A stretch of 62,526 nt of DNA, counting the filler, from Choristocarpus tenellus KU-1152 (Eukaryota; Protista; Phaeophyceae), in assembly GCA_964200185.2 (NCBI GenBank). It is 11 parts of 11 records of this genome, joined end to end, with 100 filler letters (N's around TTAATTAATTAA, not from the genome) between each part and the next. Parts side by side here need not be neighbours in the genome. Positions count along the whole stretch, not along the records: positions 43,035 to 50,647 come from CAXNAD020005873.1; positions 50,748 to 59,102 come from CAXNAD020004817.1; positions 59,203 to 62,526 come from CAXNAD020020795.1; 8 more parts are not named here. One strand, 5' to 3'. Each line of letters begins with the position of its first letter. The first letter of the stretch is position 1. Below are positions 48,701 to 61,600 of the stretch, piece by piece. A program made the translations under genes and the position numbers. Under the pieces are notes generated by a model, which was not told the origin of the DNA, ran no database searches, and saw nothing but the letters and a program-made list of their open reading frames with translations.

Positions 48701-50647
48701 TCTTCTCTTCGTGTTCCAACCCGAACACTTGACACCAGACACTCATTTACCCCACACTTGCCTTGAGCATTGCTGCTCGAAGAGTCTTCAGTGGCGGCCA
48801 GTAGTGCGTACCGCTCATTGTCGCCACTGCTGATCACACTTCCCAGAGTAATGTGGGAAGATTCCGCCTCGGTCCCGTCCTTTTCCTCCCCAGCTACCAC
48901 CGTGGTCCTAAACACTGAAGTATATGTAGTATCATGAGCTCGTCCACCGCACTTGGTGCAAATGGGGCTTGGGCAAGCTACCTCCTCATGTCCATTCTTC
49001 CCACACCTCTCACAAGGAATCTTCTCTTAACTTTGAGGGATCAGACTTAGAATCATTCTTCTTCTTTCCTCCACGAAATTTACAACCCCCTCAACAACCT
49101 TGGCCATTATGATGAGGCTGCCTCTGTTCATGTCTTAAATTTCCACCTGTTGAACTTTCACAAACGAGAGCATGACTCTTTTTCGTTTTTGATGGAACGC
49201 TGCTGCTTGTCCTTGATGATATTAATGCGTATCTCTCACAGATCTTCTTCCTGACATCCGCTGGAGATAACGAGCTCCAAGAAGCCACCATGTGTACCTC
49301 AGTGTCATAATCAGATCCCAGCGCACTCAGAAACTTAAGTAGTATTTTGTCACAGATGATGAGGCCCATGGTCATCATCCGGCTCCGTAAGAACTCAAGT
49401 TCCATTAGAGTGAGGAGTGGGTTAGCCCCCTTCTCCACCTTTGAAGAGAAGAATAGCTGAAATAAATCTTGGCTGTTACCCACCGTGTTCGGCATAAACC
49501 AGTCGTCCACGGCTGCAAAAAGCTCGCGAGGGCTCAAGTGCATGCAGCATGGACCCTCCGTGGCAGGGGCAACGAGAGCAATGGTAAGCGCATAATATGC
49601 TTCCTCAGCCATTAAATCTCATTCATACTAAACCCATCAGCGAGTAGTTCCTCCTGTGGTTGCTCCTGATTTATTGGTCTTGGAACAGTTAGGGCGTAAA
49701 CAGCCAGTGTACTTACGGTAGATCATGAACCGCCTTCTCCAATGACGATAGTTGGAGTTGTCCACCAACTTGGGCGGTTGGGCCTTTGATTGCTGCCTTC
49801 TCCTATAGGGAGCAAGATCAATTCCAGACCCTGATATTGCCGAAGAACCTGATCTCCGGCTGATATCACTCCGAACACTGAGTCCGTCCGGGCCGTTGCC
49901 ATTTCAGAAGCCTTCACCCACAACGAGTTCAACAGGTCCGACTTCGACCAGTACAAAGCCAGCCAGTGGCCGTGTGCTGGGCACAGCGGCCTGGACAGCG
50001 GGATGATCCCCACCACCGACTCTATTAACATTCATCTCTAACAGATGGTCCTGGTCAATCTTCAGCTCTTGTATCGCCTTAGGTAGGTCCTCCATAGTAG
50101 AGGAGAGTTGCTGGTAGCGATCTTCAGCAAGGGTAGTCTCATTTCGGCACTTACCATGGACTGGTGCCTCTTCTGCTAGTGAAGACATGATAGCCACGAG
50201 TAGAAACCTAGGGTTCCAATATATTGTGTTAAAGTATCCCCCGGTTCATGCATGGACAAAAGAGATAAATATAGGAGTATTACCAAATATTGAGTAATTA
50301 TTACCAAGCAGAGGGGGCGACCATACCCAAAACACCATGCTTAAAGGAATTAATTCCTATCCGTTTGTATGCAAGAACATACATGGATTAACAAACTAAT
50401 GATTGTTGTATTCTGACTTTATGTATACTACTAGTGATATCCGTTATAGTCGGAGGAGTCTATTCGAACAGCATTTGCTCTGCTTAATAACACAGCACTC
50501 CACCAGTATGAGTAGATAAATGCTGGTTGGCCACCACGTGTTGAAAAGCGAAGGGGAATCATGTGAGGCTCATAACCTGTTGAAACCTGAATCGAATGCA
50601 TCGTACATGTAGGTAAAATGTGTAGACTACTAGCGATGAGGAATCAT
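45771..50647 (-). mobile_element. Ty1/copia retrotransposon (decayed): 5' LTR part, PBS, gag, CCHC knuckle, protease, integrase, RT
   Basis: LTR edge TGTTG at 50578 with PBS GGTTATGAGCC (50577-50567); CERCGKMGHEEVAC; EEWV.DNTASCHMT; integrase region 48230-47600; RT HLDVESVFVQ, SLYSLKQASRTW, VHVDDM; integrase lies before RT, the copia order. Confidence 0.92.
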
Positions 50648-51799
50648 NNNNNNNNNNNNNNNNNNNNNNNNNNNNNNNNNNNNNNNNNNNNTTAATTAAT
50701 TAANNNNNNNNNNNNNNNNNNNNNNNNNNNNNNNNNNNNNNNNNNNNCCCCCCAAGATACTTTGACCCGCATACGGGTTCAGAGCCGAAGTAGCCAAAAA
50801 AGGGTTTTGTCATTGTGATTATAGGGCCCCTCTCTTTGACTCTTAATCTCCTGGCAATAGATACGTTTTTTTGGGCGCGCTTGGTCCGCAGTTGTGGATG
50901 ATGATTGTATTTTGTTCACTTAGTGAGTGTACGATCGGGTTGGGGAAGCAAGTCCTCCTTGTCCGCGGCCCCCTTTTTCGAATGTCTCAATTCTTGTTTG
51001 AACTCAAAGTGGCCAATAAACAGGCCCCTCCCGCAACAGTTTCTCTTACCTGTTTGAGACTTGGGTCAAACACCTACAGGTTGAATTCAAATTGAGGAAG
51101 TAAGAACCAGAATTGGAGTTGCTCCAAAGTTGTTGAGGCTGTATGTATCCCTCCTTCTGTGATAGTATTAAGTACCTTTGCCCCCCCCCCTCCCTCCCTC
51201 CCTCCCTCCCTTCCTCCCTCTCTCACGCAGCCTTAGGTCTTGTCTTGTTGTTGCTTTACCTTTTCATGTGCCCTTGTACCTTTTTGTTGAACTGTCCTGG
51301 TTATAGTACGATTTGTAGTGTGGTGAGAATTGAAATGATTTGATAAGGCGTCGTCAGTGGACTCAAAACATTCCGGTTTGTGCTCGATTCAGTTGAAGCA
51401 CTGAGTCTCCTTCAGCGCCCCCAAGTTTGTTTTTTACGGGCCTTTTTTTTTATAAAGCTATTTTGTATTCATATTGCAGTCTCATTTTTTTTTTTTTTTT
51501 TGGACGCTCGACCAATCAGCTGCGGTTGTATCATATTAGTGAATGGCAACACATTTTTTTTAAGAGCTCACGATACGACTGCATTTACATTCATTTTTTT
51601 TTTTAACGTAAGTAGGTTATGCGAAAAAAAAAAATGTTGTGTTTTGTCTATTTTTATTTTTTGTGTGTGTGTGTGCATGTGATTTTTTAACGTATTTATT
51701 GGGGAAGTTTATTTCACAGTATTATTGAGCCGTTGTTTATATGAGTGAAGGATAATTATATTGGAGGTTTTTTGGTTTTGACCTACAGTACGTGTGAAT

Positions 51800-52014
51800 T
51801 GGGGTCAAAATCCAATGTTGCGATTTTGATGTAATTTGGGCTATCATATTTGTTAGGAAGTGTCAATATCTATCATGTTCCGGACACGCCTTTTCACAAC
51901 GTATACATTTTACCTACTCCGAATTATTTTGGATCAGGTAAAATGTCACTAAAAATAAACCATAGGAAGCCAAGCCCCACACAGATAGGGAAAAACTCGT
52001 ACGCCTCTTGACCC
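51800..52014. mobile_element. MITE family A (ends eroded) upstream of the first visible ceramide-synthase exon
   Basis: CAAAATCCAATGTTGCGATTTTGATGTAATTT...TGTTAGGAAGTGTCAATATC...GGAAAAACTCGTAC. Confidence 0.8.
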
Positions 52015-52178
52015 TACGGTTGCTCCCCTGTCATTGTGCACTCCACCCTGCCCCTCTAGTAGTAGTTTTTGCAACGCTTGCCATGCTTTTTTAATTTTTT
52101 GGCTATTGATGACGTGGAGGCCCATGACTGATACGAACAAATTTTGGTGTTGTGTGTTGTGTGTGTGTATTTTTACAG

Positions 52179-55100
52179 ATTGTGGACACCAAGAGATCGG
52201 ATTTCTGGCAAATGTTTGTTCACCACGTGGCTACACTGTTTCTGCTGTCCTTCTCGTGGCTGCTCAAGTGAGAAGCGCTGCGGCATCTATTATATTAAGC
52301 ACCTGTGTGTGTGTGTATGATTTGTTGTGTGTCTGTAGTGGGTACTCTACTTGCAAAGCGGTTGTGTAAAAAGAAGGAAAAAAAAGAGAATAAAATAAAA
52401 TAAATCAGAGGTTTATTGTGTTCTGTGTTTTTTGCTCGTTTGTGTGTTGTGTGTTGATTGAGCTTGGAGGGGGGAGGGGGAAGGAGAAGCGGTCGAAGGA
52501 AAGCTAAGAAAACAGAGTGTAGATTTTACTGTTCTGAAATGCGATGCGTGTTGTGTTCTTGGATACTGAGTCTCCTGTGTTTCAGAAGTTGACTTTTATG
52601 CCAGCAGCACATGTGGTCATATACGCTTACACTATTGTGTGAAAGTAGTGCTCTCTTTGTAGGTGTAGCAAGCACAGCTGTTCTGTGTGTTATATGAAAA
52701 CCGTGTCCCTTCACTGCTGTCATTTTTAATATATTTATATTAATTTATTTAATTATTTTTGTGCCTTTTTTTCTTTTCTGATTTTTTTTTGCTCTATGTA
52801 AAGCCTGGACCGCATCGGGAGTTTGATCATGCTTTGCCACGATATCAGTGACCCCTTCTTGGAAGCAGCGAAGCTCTTCAACTACCTTCAGAAGAAGCAT
52901 CACTGGTGCCATGTGAGACGATTGATATGTTTGAGTCGCTTCTTTTTTTTTCAGTCTTGCTCTGAATTGTTCTGCCTGCTGTATTGTTCACGATGGATGA
53001 GGACATGTTGCTTGTCGAAAATCGAGCACGTTTGTTATTTCGTTGTTGTTTTTTAAGGCTCCTATGAAAGTACAAACTCTGTTGTTGTGTCTGCATGTTG
53101 TGCTTCAGGGCGTTGCTTGTTCTCACTCCTGAGGACGTGTGCAGTGAGAGTCAGTCGTCATGAAAAATTCGTAAAGATAAATGACTTCAATTTTAGTGTA
53201 TTTTACTCCCCATAGTGGACAGTGAATATGTAAGAGTTTTGCTGCATCTGTTTTGCAGACGTTCTGCTTCCATGCCTTGTGTCAGTGTTTACCATCAGTA
53301 GATAAGTGTCATTTAGTCAAAGTTTGCGTCCAGTACACAAAGCTAAGGTGTATCTCTTTTTGTCAAGGGATGTGTTGGAACACTTTTGTTGACGGAGACC
53401 GTGTGAGGAGAAAGGTGTTGTGTTAATGAAGATTACAGAAGTGTTACGGCGTTTTTCAGGACAGGAGATAAGCATGGGTGTAACGAACTGGATCTAGGAA
53501 AGGTTGTGTTAGTTTTACGAGCACTTGGATAGGAAACATTGAAGGAAGTGATTAGTGATCAGTGATCTATTGGATTTAAGGAAGAATGTAGACTGTGACA
53601 CGGATTTTTTCTGTTGATGTGTGGCTCAAGTGCAACTCGAGTGTGTAGCTAATGTAATTGATATATACCCAAACTAGAATTTGCTACCCCTTGTCACGAT
53701 TCATTACTTTAGAGCATTTTAAAGCCTTTTCTTTTTACTCTCTCTTCCCTCCCCCCCGGCCCCCATTCCCTGCCATGCCTTTCACGTTTGATCCTCTCTA
53801 CTGGTGAGAGTTGTTTATGTTTTCATCGACAATATTCTATAGACTTTTTCTTTAACGTGTAATTGATGTCCTTGGCGATGTTGTACAGGTCTTCGCGGAT
53901 GGACTCTTCTTTATCTTTGCAGGGGTGTTCATCTATTCCCGACTCTACTTATACCCTCGTTACATGGTACTGAACGTGGCATACGCAGCCTTGCCCAGCG
54001 AGTTTTGCAGGATGTTCTTCACGTCCCTGCTTGTGACCTTGCTGGTGTTGCATGTGTTTTGGTGAGGCATACATTTTTACATACATGCATTGTCATTATT
54101 TGTGTTTTTATATGATGATGTAGTACAGTATGATGTGTCACAGTGACTGAGTGGTTAAGGTGTAGGGCGGAAAAGGCTCTGTGTTCTGCATGTCTGAGTT
54201 CGAATCTTACCGGTGGTGTGTGTGAATTTTTATGTTTCGAAAATTTTGTAAACCAACATCAATTTTCATCAAGCATCCACATCATATTGTGCGATGTTCA
54301 CATACATATATATATATATATATATATTTATTGGGTTCGTAGTATAGGATGTGTAGTTGTCATTCGAGTGGGTACAGTTTGACAATAGTTGATGTTGCAT
54401 ATTGTCTGGTGAGGCATGCCCATGTTTTTACTTTTTTTTACATATTTATTGTAAATACCTGTGTAGATAGCATGTGTCTTAAGTAGGTACAGTTGATGTT
54501 GTTCATCTTCTGGAGAGGTGTTTGTTTGTTGGTATTGTTGTTACATACATCCGTATTTGTTGAGATTTTTTGTCTTCCGAGGATCATTTACTGTTTGAAG
54601 GGCCAACTGCCAAGTTTGAGAGTTGGACTGTAAAGAGGCATGGAGCGTTGTTTGATTTAAGTGATACCCTGAGTGTGTTATTTATATTTTGCTGTTTGTA
54701 ACCTTTCTTTTTTACAGTGATAGCGATGAGAATTCGTACTCGTGGGGTATTTGGACTAGGGAGTGGAACTGAAGAATGTGATCATGTTTCCGTTGTAACA
54801 GGATACAGTAGATTCGATTTTGTACAGAACGCCAAACCCTAACATTACCTCTGTTTTCTATTTTAGTCAAGCTTTCCCCTTAACATGAACCCGGGTTACG
54901 TTCCCTGCCTTCTGGGGGGTGGTTGGGGGTTGGGGGGAGCAGGGCATATCTCATTCTGCGCATGATATACATGTTTGTGGTGTATGGAACAGAGGAAGAC
55001 ATCCGCAGTGATGATGAGGAGCAACTGGAGGGGGAAGGGAACACAGGAGAGCTTAGTGGGGCAGGGGGGGGAGATAAGGGTGTGAAGAAGGAAAATGGGG

Positions 55101-55225
55101 GAGCTTGCAAGATAGCAGGAGGTGTGGTTAATGGTAATGGTGGTGGCGGTGGGGACAGCAACCACAAGGAGGCGAATGGGTGTGTTTCTACTTCCAGTGT
55201 GGTCACAGACAAGAAGAATGTGTGA
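52179..55225 (+). CDS. Ceramide synthase (LAG1/TLC domain), last four exons (5' part missing)
   Basis: Exons 52179-52267, 52804-52912, 53889-54061 and 54943-55225, phase-compatible GT-AG; Lag1 motif KRSDFWQMFVHHVAT...RIGSLIMLCHDISDPFLEAAKLFNY; SRLYLYP; LHVFW; C-terminal DIRSDDEE. Confidence 0.93.
54137..54218 (+). pseudogene. Degenerate type II (Ser/Leu-like) tRNA pseudogene or tRNA-derived SINE head, intronic
   Basis: A box TGACTGAGTGGTTAAGG, B box GAGTTCGAATCT, long variable region; acceptor and anticodon stems are mismatched. Confidence 0.6.
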
Positions 55226-56544
55226 TGTTTAACATGTGCTGCCTTCTATGGAGACTTAGGGTTAGGTCTTCCTCAACGGGGAGTATTCACGTTTGTGGTG
55301 ACTGCCTGCGTGCCCAATGCTGGCAAATAGAAGCCTTTGTGTGAGTTTTTGTTGTTGTTGTAGTTCTTGATCGAAGGGATCAACATTTGAGATGGGGAAG
55401 TGGGGTGAGAACTTTTAAACGTTATCTCTGGAGCCAGCCAGCAAAGAAGAGAACTCTCGTACCCTTTCTCAGGTATTAATATATAGAATTAGCGGAGGTG
55501 GAGGTGGTATGGTGGGGCAGGATGCCGAAACCTTTGTTGTACATGGTGATGTTGACTGTGAGGTTGGACCTCTTTATTACCGTGCTTCCTGCCAACCACA
55601 CCATAAACCATGTTTCCAACACTGAGGATGTTTTTTTTATGTCCTACGCCCACAAATGTTGTACAAATGTTCTATTTATGCTTTCACTCGCAACTCCTTT
55701 GTCGAGTCTTGTTTGTTTGGTTGAGTGTATTGTAGTCTGAAGTCCAAAGTTGTACTTAGAAGTACTAGGCAGGTCAGGTGAGGTTATAGCCTCCTTGGCT
55801 TGTTAGTACTCTTATGGCTGTAGCCCCTTCACTACCTCTGCAGCGTGTGAGTTGACCTCAGTACCAGACAGGTGAAGGCTGAGCAGCACCGATGGCAGTA
55901 GCAGAGTGAAAACCACATTTGGGTAGAGCAAGTGAAATAGTGAGATCTTTTCAAAGTTACTTGATCTTGGCAGGTACCTGGTCCTAAGGTACCTGTGACT
56001 CGTGATCCAAACCTGGACCTAAGACGGACTGTGGTTTGACCTGAGATTTGAAACTTTCCCTAGTATGAACTACTGCGTGAGATGCATGCCAATCATACCC
56101 AGTCCTGTGCTGTGCCCCCAACCTAAACCTGGACCCAGCATTTACTTGGATGACTGGTGGCGTGCAAAAATGGGCTGCCTGATTGTCTGCATATTGCAAG
56201 TTCCACACATACCCTGTGATGAGTTGGTGACAGTGTAAGGAGGTAGACTCTCAAATTGTACTGGTATGTCCTGTATATCGACCTGCAGTTGGACCCAAGA
56301 TCTGGACCTGGTATGTTGACGAAGTTAATTTCACGTGTACAAAAAGCTCTGGAAATAGCAGTTGAAGTATGATTGCAGTCACAACTTGTATACAGTGGAT
56401 ATATGAAACGTTTTGAATAGCTTGTTGTCTGACTAGTGGTTTGGAAGAGTTTCAATGATGCAATTTCAATTGTCCACAACACTTGCTCAATTTGCGTATT
56501 CCTGCACAGTGAATTGGTATCTTGAGCGTTTTTTTGCTGAGCGT

Positions 56545-56722
56545 TCACATCGTCACGGTTGCTGGTGTGTTTTTAGTAAGTGCACACATTGTTACTGTTG
56601 GTAGTGTATTTTTGCTGAGTGTACACATTGTCACAATTGGTAGTGTAATTTTACTGGGTGTACCCATTGTTACTATTAAGTATATTTTTTTGTGAGTGTA
56701 CATGTCGTCACTGTTGTTCTGA
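56545..56722. repeat. 39-bp tandem repeat (about 4.5 units); related sequence at 41390-41465
   Basis: GTGYACMCATTGTYACT.TTGGTAGTGT.TTTT..TGA units. Confidence 0.85.
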
Positions 56723-58421
56723 ATGCTATTGAGGGAAATGTGGATGTCCACGTATTAAAATGCTTTGAAAGGGTTCTTATTATAGTAGTGCCTTCCAGTC
56801 ATAAATGCAAAGGAGAGATTTGAGGTCCTCCTGGTTGTTGATCTATGTATGACAAGGATATTGAAGAATTTATCAATGAGAATTCACCATGATCCCATCA
56901 AATATCGCACTTGAGAGGAAGAGTAGTGATGTATGCTGTATGAAATCTTCTCGCATGATAGGATTGACATTTTAAAAAAATAGTCCTGGTTTTCTGTACT
57001 CACCCATGGACTATTATCCCATTTAGTTTCAGCGCCAGACTCCTCACAGGGTTAGGGATTTTCTGGTCAGCGATGACTGGCATTGGCAGGTGACCAAGCG
57101 GTAGGTGGGTGGATGGGAAGGCTCTTTACAGAATAGGATAGCTTTTTTAATTGGAGGTAAGGTAAAGCTTCTGGTCTGAGGTGCATAGAGACCATGTTGT
57201 TGGTGCTTTTTGAAGCAAGATGCATGGCATGTGATGCATTCACAAGGTGTTGCACACCAATTCTGTTACCACTACAGACAAGCATATGTGCATACAACAC
57301 ACCCAAGGAAAAACACCCACAGGCAAAGATAAGATTAGTATGGCATCACACATCCTCCAACAATCATTTTAGCGTCAGTCCAGATGTTGGAAAACCCAGG
57401 GGAAGGTCAGAGTTCCAATTTGCGTTGATTGTTCCTTTTAGAAACATGGGTTTAACTGTTACTACTAAAGAGGAGTGGGCATGGCCTGAAGCATCAAAAC
57501 AACTCGAGGTGGCTTCGTATGTCTTCTAGGCAAACAGGTGGTGATGTGCCATCTTCACTTCATGGCGCTTTGTGTTGACATACACACACAGTGACAAGCA
57601 TCAACACCAAGGACCAAATGGGGACCTGCAACAGCTATCCTTGTGGTGCTCCATGCCTTTGCTGCAAATACATACTAGTCATGTTCCCATGTAGACCTTC
57701 ATGTGACTACGTGCAATGCAACCCTCAATGGTGCTACAAATGCACACGCACACACAAGTAGTACGCGATCCTGGGTACACAATTGGCAGTCAATCAAATG
57801 CCGTCACTGCTATTAACTTTGTTACTATTATCCTCATTTTGTTGTATTAGATATTGAATTAAGTACTAGATACAAATCCTACTGTGGTTGTCACTGAGAT
57901 TGATACGAACCATTGCCGAATAAGTCCAAAAAGAAATGCATAGTTCTATCATAAACACCATGCTCTATGCATGATAAGCATTGTTCTCATTTAGAAGCTA
58001 TGGTGTTGCGTGTGGACATTCCTTCAATGGCACCTTCCCCCTCTTTGCCGAGGTATCCTAAAGATGGACCAAGGGTCTACTGTTCGCTGAAAGTGCTGAA
58101 AATAGTCATAATGTGCCAGGGAAGGGCGTATTGCTATCAACAACACTGCACGATTTTTCTGTATTAAATGTAAGAAGATACAAATACAGGATGGATTTAA
58201 AATACAAAATCAAACAAAAAAAATTCAAGCCCAAAAACGTGCCTCACATTTGCAAAATAAAACAAAATAAGAAGAAACACCCACAGTGTGTCACATTGAT
58301 CGATTTCAAATGCTGGAGAAAAAAAAATGAAATGTATGAGCTCTACTGCAAAGTAGAAGTACGTACCAATTATACCAATACTTCATTACACCTACACCAA
58401 AAATTATAGTCCACTATGCCA

Positions 58422-58900
58422 CTACTTTTCCTTCCATGAAGACTGCTTGCGCAATATGTTTGTGACCTGTAAGAAGGGAAGACAAATAATCTGTCCACAC
58501 ACTTGCCTCCGCCATCTGTTCTCCTGACAGATCCCCTTCCCTCCCCCCACTCAAAGTCATCTGATGAAAAACACCCCTGGCAATAATGATATCCAGAAAT
58601 ATTCCAGTATACACCATAAAGTGCATAGCCATGGATGGGAGATCTCAGCAAGATTCATGTCCAACAGCAAGATCAAAATATAAGTAGCTTCATATCCCAC
58701 TGAATTGCTACTGTGGAGATGGCCAAATTCCCAGTCCTGACCCTACCTATGTCTGTCTCTAATCAGATAAGCATACACACAAGAGGAAGGAAATGCAGAC
58801 AGCAGGCGGTGAAAACAGGACAACTCATGTATGATAGCAAGGCTAGGTTTGCATCCACCTTGCTTCCCTTCTCCTCACCAGCTTGAAGTGTCTTAAAATG
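58422..58900 (-). CDS. Possible last two exons of an unidentified gene (HFKTLQAGEEKGSK + VTNILRKQSSWKEK*)
   Basis: 58900-58859 and 58466-58422 with canonical AG/GT sites and phase 0; short, no recognisable homology. Confidence 0.3.
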
Positions 58901-59719
58901 CTGTGTTACTGGCACCATTCTTGCCTTGGGGGGTAGGCAGAGAGGAAGGAGACAATGCTCCATTCATTACATGTACGCCAGCAGCACATCCATATATTAT
59001 GTACGAAGGAGAAAGCACCATGAGGGTGTATTATTATTGCTCTTCTGATGCAAAATTAAGCCAGGGGGGGGGGGGGGCAAAAGGACATCTACCTAATAAC
59101 CCNNNNNNNNNNNNNNNNNNNNNNNNNNNNNNNNNNNNNNNNNNNNTTAATTAATTAANNNNNNNNNNNNNNNNNNNNNNNNNNNNNNNNNNNNNNNNNN
59201 NNACACACAAATGTGTGTTCTGATGGCATGTATGGTTAGAAGCAGAGGTAGCTATCAAGTAGAAAAGAAAGCAATGAATGCTGAGGAGAAAATTCTACCA
59301 CAGAAAGAAATACCCCCCAAGCGGAAAACTCGAATACAGTGACAAGAAGAGAAGGTCCAGCCACATGTACAGGGAGGCACCACCAAGACCAAATACCTTG
59401 AAAGCTCCAAAGATCAGCACCCTTCCATTCACTACGATACTATTATGAGTAAAAACGCACCAAGAACAAAGAAATCACCAACACATGGAACACAGAGTAG
59501 TAAGGAGATTGACTATACATAAAAAATATTTTATTATTACAGAAGAGCGAAAAGATGGCGAAGGAAATGAAGAAGGAAAGAGGAACTAGAGGTTGCTGCC
59601 ATACTTCCTCCGTTCGGAATTAAGTGTAACATAACGTTTGCGAGCTTTGTTCTTGCCCGGGAACAACCCACATGATAAACCCTCTTGTCGAGGCTTATTT
59701 TTGGTATCGGTTGGGCGGT

Positions 59720-61600
59720 ATGCAAAGTTTGAGGTGGTGGGCTGTCATGACGGTGAAGGATCACCAGTGCAAAGTTGACCAAGTTGCACTTGACGGGGTT
59801 AAAAAACCTTTTGCAGCTGTCAAAGCAGGTGTATATTGGGATGCCTAGGACGAAGGTCCCTCATCGTTCGAGCAGCTGGCTCATTCCATTGTCGCCCGTC
59901 GGTCCCAATTCTTGGGTCCAGAAACCTGTCCGCTTTCAGGAAATAAACACCTCGACGAAGAACAGCATATTGGTGCGATGCCTGGAGGCGAGAGGTTGTG
60001 AGACTCAGGTTCCTCAGGGGACTGCTGTGGCCATCGTGGAGGACTTTAGAATTTCTCGAATCACCATGTTCCACCATCTGAAGGAGTATGACAGCCAGAT
60101 CGCACAGAATGAATGCATGGACCTTCCACGACGTTGCAAGGGGCAATGTGACCACTGTACAAATATAATCTTTTGGGATGTCCCACCATCAGTAGACTGT
60201 TCATTCTTCTGTATATTTTGTCACTCCTCTCACTCCAGCCGGCAATGAACAGGGTAGGTTTTGTCACCAGTCACACCCACAGAAGGATGGGAAGTAAGAT
60301 ATTAGTGGAGTATATATATGACTGGGTGCATGTGAACGAGGAAGTGTTTTTCTTTCCACAACGATGGGCAAGGTGTGTACCTGCACCCCACTGATGATCC
60401 CTGACCCAACCCCTCACAAGCACAGAATACGTATTACATTATGAAGGGGTGATGTTCCTTGCAGCTGTGACCCGCCCTAGGAAGCTTTCCATCGGGCTGT
60501 GGTTCGATGAGCAAATCGGTATCTCCCCAATTGTGGACACAAAAGGTCACTCAAAGCTCCAGCAAACACAACTCAAAGGGTACCAAGGTGCTTGTGCCAG
60601 TCAAAATGGATGGGGAAAGGTGTAAGAAGCTCACGATCAAGGATGCCTGTGCAGATACGATATGAATTACATTAATATGTATAACCGAAAGTATTTGGGT
60701 TCATGGTTCCTATCTTAGCGGGATATAGAGAGAGAATCAACTCTGGGTTTTGATGTCCAAATGTTGGAGACAATAATCTATATGTCGATGTAATATTCTA
60801 GGAGACTTTTCAGTTTAGTGATTGCTTCTAGAAAGAACAGGTGCTACACCATATACGATAGTAACACTCTTCTCCTTTCAACCTTCTCATCATGTTCAGC
60901 AAAGCAAAATCGTGTGAGTCTCCCACGTAATTATTTTTGATTCGTCCATATACTGCCACAAAGAGCAGCCCAAATCTGCACAATGTCATCCCTCCATTCA
61001 AGGCAGGCATGCCTAGGCCGGAAGGACACACCACCGTCTTCGTGCAGTAGGACAGGACAAAGTCACACACCAAGGGGGGAATCATGGAGGCAATCTGAGT
61101 AGGCGACGGGGAACGATATTATCATAGAGGCCCAGGAAATCAACTCACCAGACCTCGACACCAACGAAATCGGGTTCATTCATTCCACCATACAATTGAT
61201 GGAAGTCGTGGGGGTGACCAACACAGAGGTGCTGGTGGAGGGTCAGTTGGAGGCGTCCTCTGAGTACAGATAAGAGGCACTAGATCGAGTCTGGCAGAGC
61301 TTCTTCGGAGTCTACAGTGAAGTGCTGGGGTCCAAGGGTGACAACGTCTTTAGCTTCCCCGTCTTGATGAGGAAAAGGCTTTGAAGGCGGGCAAGCTCCC
61401 CTCAAATGCCTTGGTGTATGCGGTGAAATGCCGTGATGGAATGGAGGTTTGAAGGGCTTCGGGGCCTATATATATCTATAGGCTGCTCTATTTTGCTTGA
61501 GACTTGGTGGAAAACCTTTTAGTGTCCGAACAATACACCCATAAAATATGAACATGTAAGAAAAATCTTGTTTCTTCATTGGAGCTGCAAAACTATGTCA
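59720..61600 (+). mobile_element. Plant-type mariner transposase pseudogene (paralog of 30260-31780) interrupted by a solo LTR
   Basis: MPRTKVP start at 59841; WVHVNEE, VMFLAAVTRP, VQ.DRTKSH, QEINSPDLDTNEIGF. Confidence 0.88.
60648..60982. mobile_element. 335-bp solo LTR with 5-bp target duplication
   Basis: TGTGCAGAT...ATCTGCACA flanked by ATGCC/ATGTC; the uninterrupted paralog reads GAGGATGTCATCC at about 31234-31246. Confidence 0.85.

Noticed and set aside
50225-50493. Possible extra LTR inside the copia leader (start resembles 45150-45175)
   Set aside because: No target duplication and only about 25 bp of similarity.
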